A DNA stretch of 64,000 bases from Candidatus Zixiibacteriota bacterium (lineage in GTDB: Bacteria; Electryoneota; B3-LCP): NCBI GenBank assembly GCA_003599535.1, contig QZKQ01000056.1, positions 6,124-70,123 on the forward strand. The letters run 5' to 3'. The notes below the pieces were generated by a model. The model was not told the origin of the DNA. It made no database searches and saw nothing but the letters and a program-made list of their open reading frames with translations. Positions 27,906 through 37,609 of the stretch are shown piece after piece (position 1 is the first letter of the stretch; every line of letters starts with the position of its first letter). The position numbers and the translations under genes are program-made.

Positions 27906-29267
27906 ATGCCCCCAAAAATCACCGCGCACCGGGCTCCCGGAACACGCGATTTCCTGCCCGACGAGATGGCCCTGAGGCGCAAGGTGCGCCGGGTCATCGA
28001 AGAGGCCTTCGAACGCTACGGGTTTCAGCCCCTGGAAACTCCGGCCGTGGAACGCCTGGACGTGCTGACCGGCAAGTACGGCGAAGAGGCCGACCGGCTG
28101 ATCTTCCGCATTCTGAAGCGCGGCGACGAGCTGGAGGCGGGCAAGGCCAGCGGCGAACTGGCCGACCTGGCCCTGCGCTACGATCTGACCGTCCCCCTGG
28201 CCCGGGTGGTGGCCATGCACCGGGGCGAGCTGACCTACCCCTTCAAGCGCTACCAGATCCAGCCGGTGTGGCGGGCCGAACGCCCTCAGAAAGGCCGCTA
28301 CCGCGAGTTCGTGCAGTGCGACGCCGACATCGTGGGGACGGCCTCGGTCACCGCCGACGCCGAAATCATCGCCTTGACTCACGACATCCTGCAACGCCTG
28401 GGTATTCCCGGGTTCCGCATCTTCATCAATCACCGCAAGCTGCTGCAGGCGGTGGCCCAGGCCGCCTACGTGGGCGACGACCGCTTCCTGGAGATGTGCC
28501 TCATCATTGACAAGGCGGACAAGATCGGGCTGGCCGGCGTGTGGCAGGAACTGGAAGCGAAAGGCTTCAGCGGCCGGCAGATTGACCTGCTGAAGGGGAT
28601 GCTTTCCGCCCGGGAAGAGCCGTCGGCGGCGTTAAAGCACATCGCGCCCTACATTGACGAAACCGACCCCGGCCGGGTGGCCTTGGAAGAGATGACCCGG
28701 CTGTTCAGCGACCTTGAGGCCCTGGGCGTGCCCGCCGAGCGGATTGCCTTGCGCCTCTACCTGGCCCGGGGGCTGGACTACTACACCGGCCCCATCTTCG
28801 AGACGCTGGTGGAAGAGCCGCGCATCGGCAGCGTTACCGGCGGTGGCCGTTACGATACCCTGATCGGCATGTTTTCCGGCGAATCCATCCCCGCCACCGG
28901 CACCACCATCGGCATCGAACGCCTGTTCGACGTGATGCGCGAGTTGCAGCTCTTCGGCGAATCCGCCGAAGCCTCCGCTCGGGTCCTGGTGACGGTCTTC
29001 TCGGAAGAGAGCCGCGGCGCATCGCTGCAGATCGCCACCGAGCTGCGCCGCGCGGGGATTTCCGCGGAAGTCTACCTCGAAGCGCCCAAAAAGCTGGGCA
29101 AGCAGTTCGCCTACGCCGACAAGAAGCGCATCCCCTTCGTGGTGGTGGCCGGCCCCGACGAGATCGCCCGGGGCGAAGTGACCCTGAAGACCCTGGCCAC
29201 CGGGTCCCAGGCCGCCGTCCCCCGCGACCGGCTGATTGATGAGGTCCGGCTGCTGGGGGGGAGGTGA
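27906..29267 (+). CDS. hisS: Histidine--tRNA ligase
   Basis: GTRDFLP, LRYDLTVP, RAERPQKGRYREF, RGLDYYTG, GGGRYD. Confidence 0.97.
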   Translation: MPPKITAHRAPGTRDFLPDEMALRRKVRRVIEEAFERYGFQPLETPAVERLDVLTGKYGEEADRLIFRILKRGDELEAGKASGELADLALRYDLTVPLARVVAMHRGELTYPFKRYQIQPVWRAERPQKGRYREFVQCDADIVGTASVTADAEIIALTHDILQRLGIPGFRIFINHRKLLQAVAQAAYVGDDRFLEMCLIIDKADKIGLAGVWQELEAKGFSGRQIDLLKGMLSAREEPSAALKHIAPYIDETDPGRVALEEMTRLFSDLEALGVPAERIALRLYLARGLDYYTGPIFETLVEEPRIGSVTGGGRYDTLIGMFSGESIPATGTTIGIERLFDVMRELQLFGESAEASARVLVTVFSEESRGASLQIATELRRAGISAEVYLEAPKKLGKQFAYADKKRIPFVVVAGPDEIARGEVTLKTLATGSQAAVPRDRLIDEVRLLGGR

Positions 29268-29272
29268 AAATA

Positions 29273-29690
29273 GAATCCAGGAGCCAGAATTCAGAATCCA
29301 GAAGAGTAGGAGCCAAGATCCAGGAGTTGGAAGAACACCCTGGAAGGGTGGTCTATTAGTAGCCGGGGGATTTATCCCCCGGAGAGGGACGATCCCCTCC
29401 TCATGTACCACCCCGCCGGGGTCGAACCATCATCTGCGTAATCTGTTAAATCGGCGGAAATCTGCGATTCTGACAATAAACACGGCGGACTGCGCGGCTG
29501 ATCAGGCCCGGAGGCTTGATAAAACCATACTGCCCCGCCGCTTAGTCCGCCCTACACCGGCCTGCACTCCGGGCGGGGTCCCCAAAGGGGCAAGCTAAGC
29601 CACGCCCCTACGCGGCCAATAACCAGCAGCCAATAGCCAACGACCAACGACCTTATGACTCGCATCTCGCCTCACGTATCTCGCATCTGA
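29273..29690. repeat. Intergenic cluster of degenerate 7-9-mer tandem repeats and REP-like hairpins
   Basis: (AGAATCC/AGGAGCC)n, GTAGCCGGGGGATTTATCCCCCGG, ATCTGCG repeats, (AGCCAAT/CGACCAA)n, CTCGCATCTCGC. Confidence 0.6.
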
Positions 29691-29700
29691 AGAGGATCCC

Positions 29701-31923
29701 ATGGCGGTACAGGAAGAACTCCGCACCCCGGAAGAACGGGAAAAACACTGGCTGGAACACATCTACCAGGCGGATGCGCCCCAGCTCACCGCCCGCGCCG
29801 TTCTGACCGGCGCCCTGCTGGGCGGCATCATGTCCCTGTCCAACCTCTACGTCGGGCTGAAGTCCGGCTGGGGGCTGGGTGTGGACATCGCTGCCATCAT
29901 CCTGGCCTTCGCCATCTGGAAAGCCTTTGCCGGCATCTTGCCCATGATGGTGAAGCGCGAATTCAACATCCAGGAAAACACCATCATGATGACCACGGCG
30001 GTGGCGGCGTCCTGGATCTCATCGGCGGGGCTGGTATCCGCCGTGCCCGCTCTGACCATGGTCAGCGGCCGCACCTTCATCTGGTGGCAACTGGTCATCT
30101 GGATCGGCTCCATCCTGATTCTGGGCCTGTTCATGGCCATCCCCTTGAAGCGGCAGATGATCACCGTGGAAAAGCTGCGCTTCCCCTACAACATCTCGGT
30201 GGTAGAAACGCTGAAGGCCATGCACTCCAAGGGCGGCGAAGCCATGCGCAAGGCCAAAGCCCTGGGGATGGCCGGCGGCGTCGGCGTCATCATCGCCTCC
30301 GTCCGCGACGGCTTCGGTTTCATCCCCGGCCTGATGAACGCGCCCCTGTCCATTGGCCGCATCAGCCTATCCAACCTGACGCTCTCCTTCGAACCCGGCT
30401 TCATCATGATGGGCATCGGCGCCCTGTTCGGCATCAAGGTGGGCATCAGCATGCTGGTGGGCGCCCTGTTGAATTACGGCATACTGGCCCCCTACTTTAT
30501 CAACCAGGACGTCATCAAGCACCCCGCCCCCACCATTCGCGGCGTCGAAGCCCCCGCTTTTCCCCTGACCATCGAGGCGGGCCATTCGCTCACCGCTGTT
30601 CTGGAACGCGCCTCCACCACCCACGAATATTCCGGCGGGACGGCCACCGAAACTCTGACTTATACCTGGAGCCAGCCGGTCACCTACGCCGGCTTCCCCG
30701 CACTGCTGGCCGACCTGAACGCCCCCGCCCAGGCGGATGGCTCGGTCAACCCTTTCCACGGCCACGTCGCCTTCCGGGACACCGCCCGGGCGGAAGTCGG
30801 CCAGGTGCTGCTGGCGCGCGCCTTTTCCGACACGCTTCGGGAAGCCTCCCTGACCTTGCCTGAAGAGGCCAATCCCGCCTTGGCCGCGCTGGGCTTTTCC
30901 CCCGGCGCTACCCGGCATGAAGGCATCGGCGGCTTCCGCAACGTCGCCAACTGGTCCATGTGGCCGGGAGCGGGCATCCTGGTTTCGGCGGGGCTGATGG
31001 CGCTGTTCCTGCAGTGGAAGACTCTGGCGCGCACCTTCGGCAGCTTCGGAGCCAGCTTCCGCCGCAAGAAACCCGGCACCGCCAACCTGCTCGACAGCAT
31101 CGAAATCCCCGGCACCTGGTTCCTGCTGGGCTTCCTGGGAGCCGGGCTGATCTGCGTGATCATCCAGATCTGGCTCTTCAGCATCCACTGGTGGATGGGC
31201 ATTCTGGCCGTGCTGCTGACCTTCTTCCTGGCGGCGGTGGCGGCCCGGGCCGGCGCAGAAGTCGGCATCAATCCCATCGGCGCCATGGGCAAGGTGACGC
31301 AGCTTCTCTACGGCGTCATCTCCCCCGGCAACATGGCCACCAACCTGATGACCGCCAACGTCACCGCCGGAGCCGCTTCCAGTTGCAGCGACACGGTGGG
31401 CAACCTGTACGTGGGGCACCAGGTGGGCGCCAATCCCCGCAAGCAGTTCATCGCGCAGATGTTCGGGGTCGTGGCCGGAGCCTTCTTCGCGGTGCCCGCC
31501 TACTTCATCCTGGTGCCGGACGCATCCACTCTGGGTGGAGCCAAGTTCCCGGCGCCGGCGGCCATCATCTGGGCCGGCGTGGCCCGCATCCTGTCGCAGG
31601 GATTGCAGACTCTGCCGCCCAGCGCCATCGCCGCCCTGGTCATCGCGGTCGTGGCCGGCATTGCCACGGTCATCCTGGAACGGCTCTTCCCCAAGATCCG
31701 GCCCTATACCCTGTCGCCCACGGCCCTGGGGATCGCCATGACCATCCCCGCCTACAACAGCATCTCCATGTTCATGGGGTCGCTGATCGTCTGGGTGCTG
31801 GAGAAGCGGGCTCCCGCCACCAACGAGATGTACACCATCCCCGTGGCTTCGGGCTTGATCGCCGGGGAGAGCCTGACCGGGGTGGCCATCGCCGCGCTGA
31901 TGGCGTTCGGGTTTTTAAGCTGA
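29701..31923 (+). CDS. OPT family (YSL-like) oligopeptide/metal-chelate transporter with a soluble insertion
   Basis: QLTARA, SNLYVGLKSGW, QENTIM, LRFP, GKVTQL, FPAPAA, ASGLIAGES. Confidence 0.9.
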   Translation: MAVQEELRTPEEREKHWLEHIYQADAPQLTARAVLTGALLGGIMSLSNLYVGLKSGWGLGVDIAAIILAFAIWKAFAGILPMMVKREFNIQENTIMMTTAVAASWISSAGLVSAVPALTMVSGRTFIWWQLVIWIGSILILGLFMAIPLKRQMITVEKLRFPYNISVVETLKAMHSKGGEAMRKAKALGMAGGVGVIIASVRDGFGFIPGLMNAPLSIGRISLSNLTLSFEPGFIMMGIGALFGIKVGISMLVGALLNYGILAPYFINQDVIKHPAPTIRGVEAPAFPLTIEAGHSLTAVLERASTTHEYSGGTATETLTYTWSQPVTYAGFPALLADLNAPAQADGSVNPFHGHVAFRDTARAEVGQVLLARAFSDTLREASLTLPEEANPALAALGFSPGATRHEGIGGFRNVANWSMWPGAGILVSAGLMALFLQWKTLARTFGSFGASFRRKKPGTANLLDSIEIPGTWFLLGFLGAGLICVIIQIWLFSIHWWMGILAVLLTFFLAAVAARAGAEVGINPIGAMGKVTQLLYGVISPGNMATNLMTANVTAGAASSCSDTVGNLYVGHQVGANPRKQFIAQMFGVVAGAFFAVPAYFILVPDASTLGGAKFPAPAAIIWAGVARILSQGLQTLPPSAIAALVIAVVAGIATVILERLFPKIRPYTLSPTALGIAMTIPAYNSISMFMGSLIVWVLEKRAPATNEMYTIPVASGLIAGESLTGVAIAALMAFGFLS

Positions 31924-31949
31924 CGGCGGGCAGCGTACAGCAGACAGCA

Positions 31950-32172
31950 GGGGCGCGGCATGCCGCGCCCTTTTGCTTGATGGTAGGGCGGTGGGTGGCC
32001 CGGCTTGACCCGCCTGGCAGTAGATTCGAATTGTCCGCCATACCCAGGGTGGGGCAAACCGGGTTTATATTAAAGGCTGGGGACGGCAGGTAGTATAAAC
32101 CCGGCTTGATCTGCGTCGAGGGTTCTGCCGCAAGAATGTGAACAGGTGCAGATCAAGCCGGGCCACCCCGCC
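31950..32172. repeat. Terminator-like hairpin and REP-like inverted repeats
   Basis: GGGCGCGGCATGCCGCGCCCTTTT; GGGTGGCCCGGCTTGA...TCAAGCCGGGCCACCC; CCGGGTTTATA...TATAAACCCGG. Confidence 0.6.
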
Positions 32173-32232
32173 TTCGTCAGGCTCGCGGTGGGGGAGGGGA
32201 CGGCGGTGCAGAAAGTGGTGCTGCTGAAGTAA
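32173..32232 (+). pseudogene. 3'-end relic of a C-terminal-sorting-domain secreted protein gene
   Basis: Reads FVRLAVGEGTAVQKVVLLK*, versus FVRLEAGDFTQVQKVVLLK* in the 46236-48212 gene; downstream non-coding sequence is also homologous. Confidence 0.7.
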
Positions 32233-32510
32233 CTAATAACGAAGAACTAATAACTAAGGGCGGCCACTGGCCGCCCTTTTGACTCGCATCTCGCAGCTTT
32301 TCTATCCGTAGCCCCGTCGTTGATGGTGGGGCGGAGCTTGAGATTGCTTCGTCTGGCGATCCCACCGCAAGCGGTGGGGCACCTGTCCGCTCCTCTTTCG
32401 CATTTCGGATCGGGTCTCCTCCCCCCTCCGGATCTTTTCCCCTGGCACCTCGTATCCTTACAGTAGTCCGCTTTCTCTCGCCTCTCGCATCTTGCCTCAC
32501 GCCTCTTTTT

Positions 32511-32552
32511 TTACATTTCTGTGACAATCAAGAGTAATCCTTTACGTATATT
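32511..32552 (+). promoter_or_regulatory. Putative hem promoter with OmpR/PhoB-type direct repeat
   Basis: TTACA (32511) and TGACA (32522) at 11-bp period overlapping the -35 position; TATATT -10 at 32547. Confidence 0.4.
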
Positions 32553-32579
32553 ATGCGTCAACCTTCACATGCGAGCGTC

Positions 32580-33479
32580 ATGAACAGAATGATCATCGCC
32601 ACGCGGGGCAGCGAACTGGCCCGCATCCAGGCCCAAACCGTGGCCGCCGCCCTGCGGGAAAAGCTGGGCGTGGACGTGGACCTGGCCATCATCCACACCC
32701 AGGGCGACCGCGTCACCGACCGGCCCCTGCGCGAGCTGGAAGGCCGGGGCTACTTCACCAGGGAAATCGAGGAGGCGCTTTTAGACCGCCGCGCCGACGT
32801 GGCCGTGCACTCCTTCAAGGATATGCCATCGAAGGCCCCCGACGGGCTGGCCCTGGCCGCCGTGTCGGTCCGCGAAGACGCCGCCGACCTGCTGATCCTC
32901 CGTCCCGAAGCGCACGATCCCGGCATGGGTTTCATCCCCGTGCGCGCCGGAGCCGTGGTGGGCACCAGCGCCGTGCGCCGCGAAAGCCAGTTGAAGGGCC
33001 TGCGCCCCGACCTGAAGTCCAAAGACCTGCGGGGCAATGTCCCCACCCGCCTGGGCAAGCTGGCCAACGGGCAGTACGACGCCATCTTCCTGGCCGCCGC
33101 CGGAGTCAACCGGCTGGGGCTGAACCTGTCCGGCTTCGTCGCCGTGCGCCTGGACCCGGCGCGTTTCGTCCCCTCACCGGGACAGGGCGCCCTGGCCATC
33201 CAGATGCGCGCCGGAGATCCCGCGTTCGAGGCCGTCCGGGCCGCCCTGCACGATCCCGACACCGCTGCCGCTACTGCCCTCGAACGGGCGGTGCAGGCGC
33301 GTTTCGGCGGAGGCTGCGGGCTGCCCCTGGGCGCCCATGCCTTCCGTGACGGCGGCGAATGGCAGGGATACGGCCACTGGGGCGGGGAAGGATTCTTCAC
33401 CTGGTCGCAGGCGCGCCACACCGACCCCGAGACCGTGATCCGCCATCTGCACCGGGCTCTGGCCGAGGAGACAGCATGA
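32580..33479 (+). CDS. hemC: Hydroxymethylbilane synthase (porphobilinogen deaminase)
   Basis: ATRGSELA, AVHSFKDMP, GTSAVRR, LRGNVPTRL, GGGCGLP. Confidence 0.95.
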   Translation: MNRMIIATRGSELARIQAQTVAAALREKLGVDVDLAIIHTQGDRVTDRPLRELEGRGYFTREIEEALLDRRADVAVHSFKDMPSKAPDGLALAAVSVREDAADLLILRPEAHDPGMGFIPVRAGAVVGTSAVRRESQLKGLRPDLKSKDLRGNVPTRLGKLANGQYDAIFLAAAGVNRLGLNLSGFVAVRLDPARFVPSPGQGALAIQMRAGDPAFEAVRAALHDPDTAAATALERAVQARFGGGCGLPLGAHAFRDGGEWQGYGHWGGEGFFTWSQARHTDPETVIRHLHRALAEETA

Positions 33480-34231
33480 CCCGGGTGCTCCTGACCCGCG
33501 ACCGGGAGCGGTCTGCGGATCTGGCCCAAGCCCTGGAAAAAATCGGCCTGTCCGTGGCTATCGAACCGGTCACGCGCACCGTATATGAGGTTCAGGGCCT
33601 CCCCTGGCCCGGCCTGGCAGGATGGCGCTGGCTGGCCTTCACCAGCGTGCCGGCGGTCGTGGCTTTTTCCCAGGCGTTGCGGGAAACCGGGGCAACGCTG
33701 CCGCCCCGGCTGAAGATCGCCGCGGTGGGCCCGGCCACCGCCGCTGAGATTTCCCGCCGCCTGCGCACACCGGATTACGCCGCCCTCCAGGCGCACGGCG
33801 CGAGCCTGGCCCAGGAGCTGCTGGCCGCCGATCCCCGCCTGCCGGGATCGGCCCTGCTCTGGCCCTGCGCCGCCCAGCCCCGCGACGAATTTCCCCAGGC
33901 GCTGACCCGCGCCGGAGTCCGGGTCGTGCCCTGGCCCTGCTACCGCACCGAGGCGGTCCCTTCCCGCGAACTGGCCGACCGGCTGAAGGTCCACGCCCCC
34001 TGGCAGGCGGCGGTGTTCGCCGCGCCCAGCGCGGTGGAGGCCTTCGTCCAGGCCTGGCCGCCCCCCTGGGATTTCGCCGCCGCGGCCCTGGGCGCCACCA
34101 CCGCCGAAGCGCTGCGCGAAGCCGGCGCCGGCCGGGTGATCGTCAGCCCCGGCACCGGCACGGAAGACCTGGTCCGGGCCGTGGTGCAGGCCCTGAACGT
34201 TTCCTCGCCAGAAAGGACTCCACGCCCATGA
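33476..34231 (+). CDS. hemD: Uroporphyrinogen-III synthase
   Basis: RVLLTR, FTSVPAV, AVGPATA, FAAPSAV, LGATTA; overlaps hemC. Confidence 0.88.
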   Translation: MTRVLLTRDRERSADLAQALEKIGLSVAIEPVTRTVYEVQGLPWPGLAGWRWLAFTSVPAVVAFSQALRETGATLPPRLKIAAVGPATAAEISRRLRTPDYAALQAHGASLAQELLAADPRLPGSALLWPCAAQPRDEFPQALTRAGVRVVPWPCYRTEAVPSRELADRLKVHAPWQAAVFAAPSAVEAFVQAWPPPWDFAAAALGATTAEALREAGAGRVIVSPGTGTEDLVRAVVQALNVSSPERTPRP

Positions 34232-35268
34232 ACACCGATCCGGTCCAGTCGAAATATCTGCGCGCCGCCCGCGGCGAGCGCCTGACCGTTCCTCCCGTGT
34301 GGCTGATGCGCCAGGCGGGGCGCTACCTGCCGGAATACCTGGCGGTGCGCGAACGCTACAGCTTTCTGGACGCCTGCCGCACCCCGGAAGTGGCCTGCGA
34401 ACTGACCCTGCAGCCCATCCGCCGGTTCGGCTTCGACGCCGCCATCCTGTTCAGCGATATCCTGATCCCGCTGGCGCCCATGGGCGCGGAGATCGCCTTC
34501 GGCGAAGGGCAGGGCCCCGTCATCGCCGACCCGGTGCGATCCGCCGGGCAGATCGAGGCACTGCGCCCGGTCCAGCCGCGGGAGAGCCTGGCCTTCGTGC
34601 TGGAAGCCATCCGGCAAATTCGGGCCGAGCTGCCCGCCCACGTCGCCCTGATCGGTTTCACCGGCGCCCCCTTTACCCTGGCCGCGTATCTGGTCGAAGG
34701 CGGCAAACCCGACCCCTTCGCCCGCCTGAAAGGGCTGATGTACGGCGATCGCCCTGCTTTCCGCCGGCTGCTGGACAAACTGGGCGGCATGGCCGCCGAT
34801 TACCTGGAAGCCATGATCGAAGCCGGGGCCGATGCGGTGCAACTGTTCGACACCTGGGCGGGGATTCTCCCGGCCCGGGAATTTCGCGCCGTCAACCTGC
34901 CCGTGCTGCAGAAGATCTTCGCCCGCGTCAAGGCCTTGAATGTCCCCGCCACCTACTACGCCCTGGCCGGCATGCACCTGCTGGAGGAGATCCGCGAGAC
35001 CGGCTGCAGCGTGGCCGGGCTGGACTGGCGCATCCCCCTGTCCCGGGCGCGCACCGTCCTGGGGGACCGAACCGCCCTGCAGGGCAACCTGGACCCCACC
35101 GTGCTGCTGGGGCCCGAGGCGGTCATCCGCGCCGAGGCGAGGCGCATTGTGGACGAAGGCCGCGGCCCCGGAGGGCACATCTTCAATTTGGGGCACGGCA
35201 TCCTGCCGGTGACGCCGGTATCCGCCGTGGACCTCATGCTGGACGAAATCCGCCGGGAAGAGCCATGA
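34228..35268 (+). CDS. hemE: Uroporphyrinogen decarboxylase
   Basis: PVWLMRQAGRYLPEY, LFSDIL, QGNLDP, FNLGHGI. Confidence 0.97.
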   Translation: MNTDPVQSKYLRAARGERLTVPPVWLMRQAGRYLPEYLAVRERYSFLDACRTPEVACELTLQPIRRFGFDAAILFSDILIPLAPMGAEIAFGEGQGPVIADPVRSAGQIEALRPVQPRESLAFVLEAIRQIRAELPAHVALIGFTGAPFTLAAYLVEGGKPDPFARLKGLMYGDRPAFRRLLDKLGGMAADYLEAMIEAGADAVQLFDTWAGILPAREFRAVNLPVLQKIFARVKALNVPATYYALAGMHLLEEIRETGCSVAGLDWRIPLSRARTVLGDRTALQGNLDPTVLLGPEAVIRAEARRIVDEGRGPGGHIFNLGHGILPVTPVSAVDLMLDEIRREEP

Positions 35269-36659
35269 GCTTTATCCCCTTGCGCGACCTGCCCGAAGAG
35301 CGCATCTTCGCCCTGGCCGAGCGCCTCGACGTGCGCGGCCCGCGCTACACCTCCTATCCCACCGTGCCGGTATGGCGCGACGGCTTCCCTCCGGAAGTGT
35401 TCGAACGCGCCGTGGAAGACCTGGGCCGCGAGGGGCAACCGTTCGCGGTCTACGTGCACCTGCCCTTTTGCCGCCAGCGCTGCCTCTACTGCGGCTGCAA
35501 CAGCTACATCACGCACCAGCAAGACCGCATGGCCGGCTACATGGAGGCCCTGAACCTGGAGCTGGAGCGGGTGGCGCAGAAGCTTCCCGCCGGCGCCCGC
35601 CACGCCCAGTTGCACCTGGGCGGCGGCACTCCCACCTACATCCCGGCGCCGCTACTGGCCGCCTTCCTGGACCGGTTGATCGCGCTCATTCCCGGGGCGC
35701 CGGCCGCCGAACGGTCCATTGAAGTGGATCCCCGCGTCACCACGGACGAGGTCCTGCACCTGCTGGCGCAGCGCGGCTTCCGGCGCATTTCGGCCGGCCT
35801 GCAGGATCTGAACCCGGAAGTGCAGAAGGCCGTCAACCGCGTCTTCACCTTCGAGCAGATGGAGAACTTTACCGCCCAAGCGCGGCGGGCGGGCTTCACC
35901 GGGGTCAATATAGATTTAATTTACGGACTTCCGAAGCAGACCCGCGCCACCTGGGCCGCTACCCTGGAAGCGGTAGCCCGCCTGCACCCCGACCGCCTGG
36001 CCTGCTTCGGATACGCTCACCTGCCCGCGAAAATTCGCCACCAGCAGGCTCTCCGCGAGGAGGATCTGCCCGCGCCCCGCGAGCGCCTGGGCATGCTCCT
36101 GGACGCCCACACCTTCTTCACCGGCGCCGGCTGGGAAGCGGTGGGCTTCGATCACTTCGCCCGGCCGGAGGACGACCTGGCCCGGGCCCGCCGCGAAGGC
36201 CGGCTGTGGCGCAACTTCATGGGTTACACCACCGGCCGCGGCCTGGACCTGCTGGGGTTGGGCTGCTCGGCCATCAGCGAGTTCGAGACTTCGTTCGTGC
36301 AGAATATCACCCCGCCGGAAGAGTACGCCCAAGCTCTCCGGGCGGGACGCTGGGCGGCGCACCGCGGCCATCTGATGGACGCCGAAGACCGCCTGCGCAA
36401 GCGGATCATCACCCAGCTCATGTGCAACCTGGAGATCGCCCTGCCGGACGAGGCCTCCGCGGTCCATTGCGGCCTGGCCGGGTCCCTGAAGCAGGCCATG
36501 GAATCTCTGCGCCCCTTCGAGGCCGACGGCCTGATCGTGGCCCGCAACGGCGGCTACGAGGTCACTCCGCTGGGCCAGCTCTTCCTGCGCAATCTGGCCA
36601 TGCCCTTCGACGGCTACCTGCCCCGGCAGGGGGGATCCACCTTTTCCAGGACGGTGTAG
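35265..36659 (+). CDS. hemN: Oxygen-independent coproporphyrinogen III oxidase
   Basis: GPRYTSYPT, HLPFCRQRCLYCGC, GGGTP, RNFMGYT. Confidence 0.95.
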   Translation: MSFIPLRDLPEERIFALAERLDVRGPRYTSYPTVPVWRDGFPPEVFERAVEDLGREGQPFAVYVHLPFCRQRCLYCGCNSYITHQQDRMAGYMEALNLELERVAQKLPAGARHAQLHLGGGTPTYIPAPLLAAFLDRLIALIPGAPAAERSIEVDPRVTTDEVLHLLAQRGFRRISAGLQDLNPEVQKAVNRVFTFEQMENFTAQARRAGFTGVNIDLIYGLPKQTRATWAATLEAVARLHPDRLACFGYAHLPAKIRHQQALREEDLPAPRERLGMLLDAHTFFTGAGWEAVGFDHFARPEDDLARARREGRLWRNFMGYTTGRGLDLLGLGCSAISEFETSFVQNITPPEEYAQALRAGRWAAHRGHLMDAEDRLRKRIITQLMCNLEIALPDEASAVHCGLAGSLKQAMESLRPFEADGLIVARNGGYEVTPLGQLFLRNLAMPFDGYLPRQGGSTFSRTV

Positions 36660-36661
36660 CC

Positions 36662-37609
36662 ATGGACCGGGCGGTGCTGCTGGTCAATATGGGCGGGCCT
36701 TCGGCGGCCGGGGAGGTGAAGCCCTATCTGCGCGCCATCTTCCGCGACCCGGCCATCATCGGCGCGCCCACCTTCGTGCGCCATCCCCTGGCGGCGTGGA
36801 TCTCCTCCCGCCGGGCGCCCGTGGTGGCTCAGCGCTACGAGCAGATCGGCGGGGCTTCGCCCCTGCCGCACTGGACCGCCCGGCTGGCCGAAGAGGTGAC
36901 CCGGGCGCTGGCCGAAGCCGGGCAGGAGATGACCGCCGCCTACGCCTTCCGTTACTGCGAGCCGACCATCGAACAGGCCATGACCGGGCTGCGCGATGCC
37001 GGAGCCAAGGAAGTCCATCTGCTGCCCCTGTTCCCCCACTTCACCCGGGCCATGACCGGTTCCATCATCCAGGAGGCGCGGCGCGTGGCCCGCAAGCTGT
37101 TCCTGCCCGGCAACCTCACCCGCCTGTGGTGGAACCACCCCGCCATCCTGGAACTGGGACGGCAGTACCTGGTGGAGGCCCTGGAACAGGCCGGCCCCGG
37201 GACCCGCGTGCTGTTCGTGGCCCACGGCATTCCCCAGCGCAGCGTGAAGAAGGGGGAAGACTACCCCGACCAGGTGTTCAACCATGCCTGGAACCTGGGG
37301 GAATCGCTGCGCCGGCCGGTGACCTGGTCGCTGGCTTACCAGAGCCGCCTGGGTCCGGTGCAGTGGATCCGGCCCTACCTGGAGGAGGAGCTGGAGTACA
37401 TCGCCGGGAGCGCCCGGTCGCTGGTTCTGTACCCTTTGAGTTTCGTCGCGGATTGCCTGGAAACGCTCTACGACCTCGACCGGATCGCCTCCGAACAGGC
37501 CCGCGATCTGGGCTTTCGCACCGTGGTGCGCGCGCGGGTCTTCAATGACGACCCCCGTTTCGCCCGCGCCCTGGTGCGGATCGTGTTGGAGCACAAGCAT
37601 GCCAAATAG
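36662..37609 (+). CDS. hemH: Ferrochelatase
   Basis: LLVNMGGP, IGGASPL, AHGIP, YQSRLGP, FVADCLETL. Confidence 0.95.
   Translation: MDRAVLLVNMGGPSAAGEVKPYLRAIFRDPAIIGAPTFVRHPLAAWISSRRAPVVAQRYEQIGGASPLPHWTARLAEEVTRALAEAGQEMTAAYAFRYCEPTIEQAMTGLRDAGAKEVHLLPLFPHFTRAMTGSIIQEARRVARKLFLPGNLTRLWWNHPAILELGRQYLVEALEQAGPGTRVLFVAHGIPQRSVKKGEDYPDQVFNHAWNLGESLRRPVTWSLAYQSRLGPVQWIRPYLEEELEYIAGSARSLVLYPLSFVADCLETLYDLDRIASEQARDLGFRTVVRARVFNDDPRFARALVRIVLEHKHAK

Noticed and set aside
32531..32560. dif site (CGTATATTATG), suggested by the gene-strand switch near 46 kb
   Set aside because: Only TTATG matches the XerD arm and the XerC arm is absent; better explained as the hemC -10 element
34299..35264. N-terminal extensions of ORF-track proteins (HemN 786 aa, HemH, Mo enzyme 1029 aa, cytochrome 372 aa, DHFR 371 aa)
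   Set aside because: Extensions overlap upstream genes in another frame or precede a clear RBS; internal starts fit family lengths
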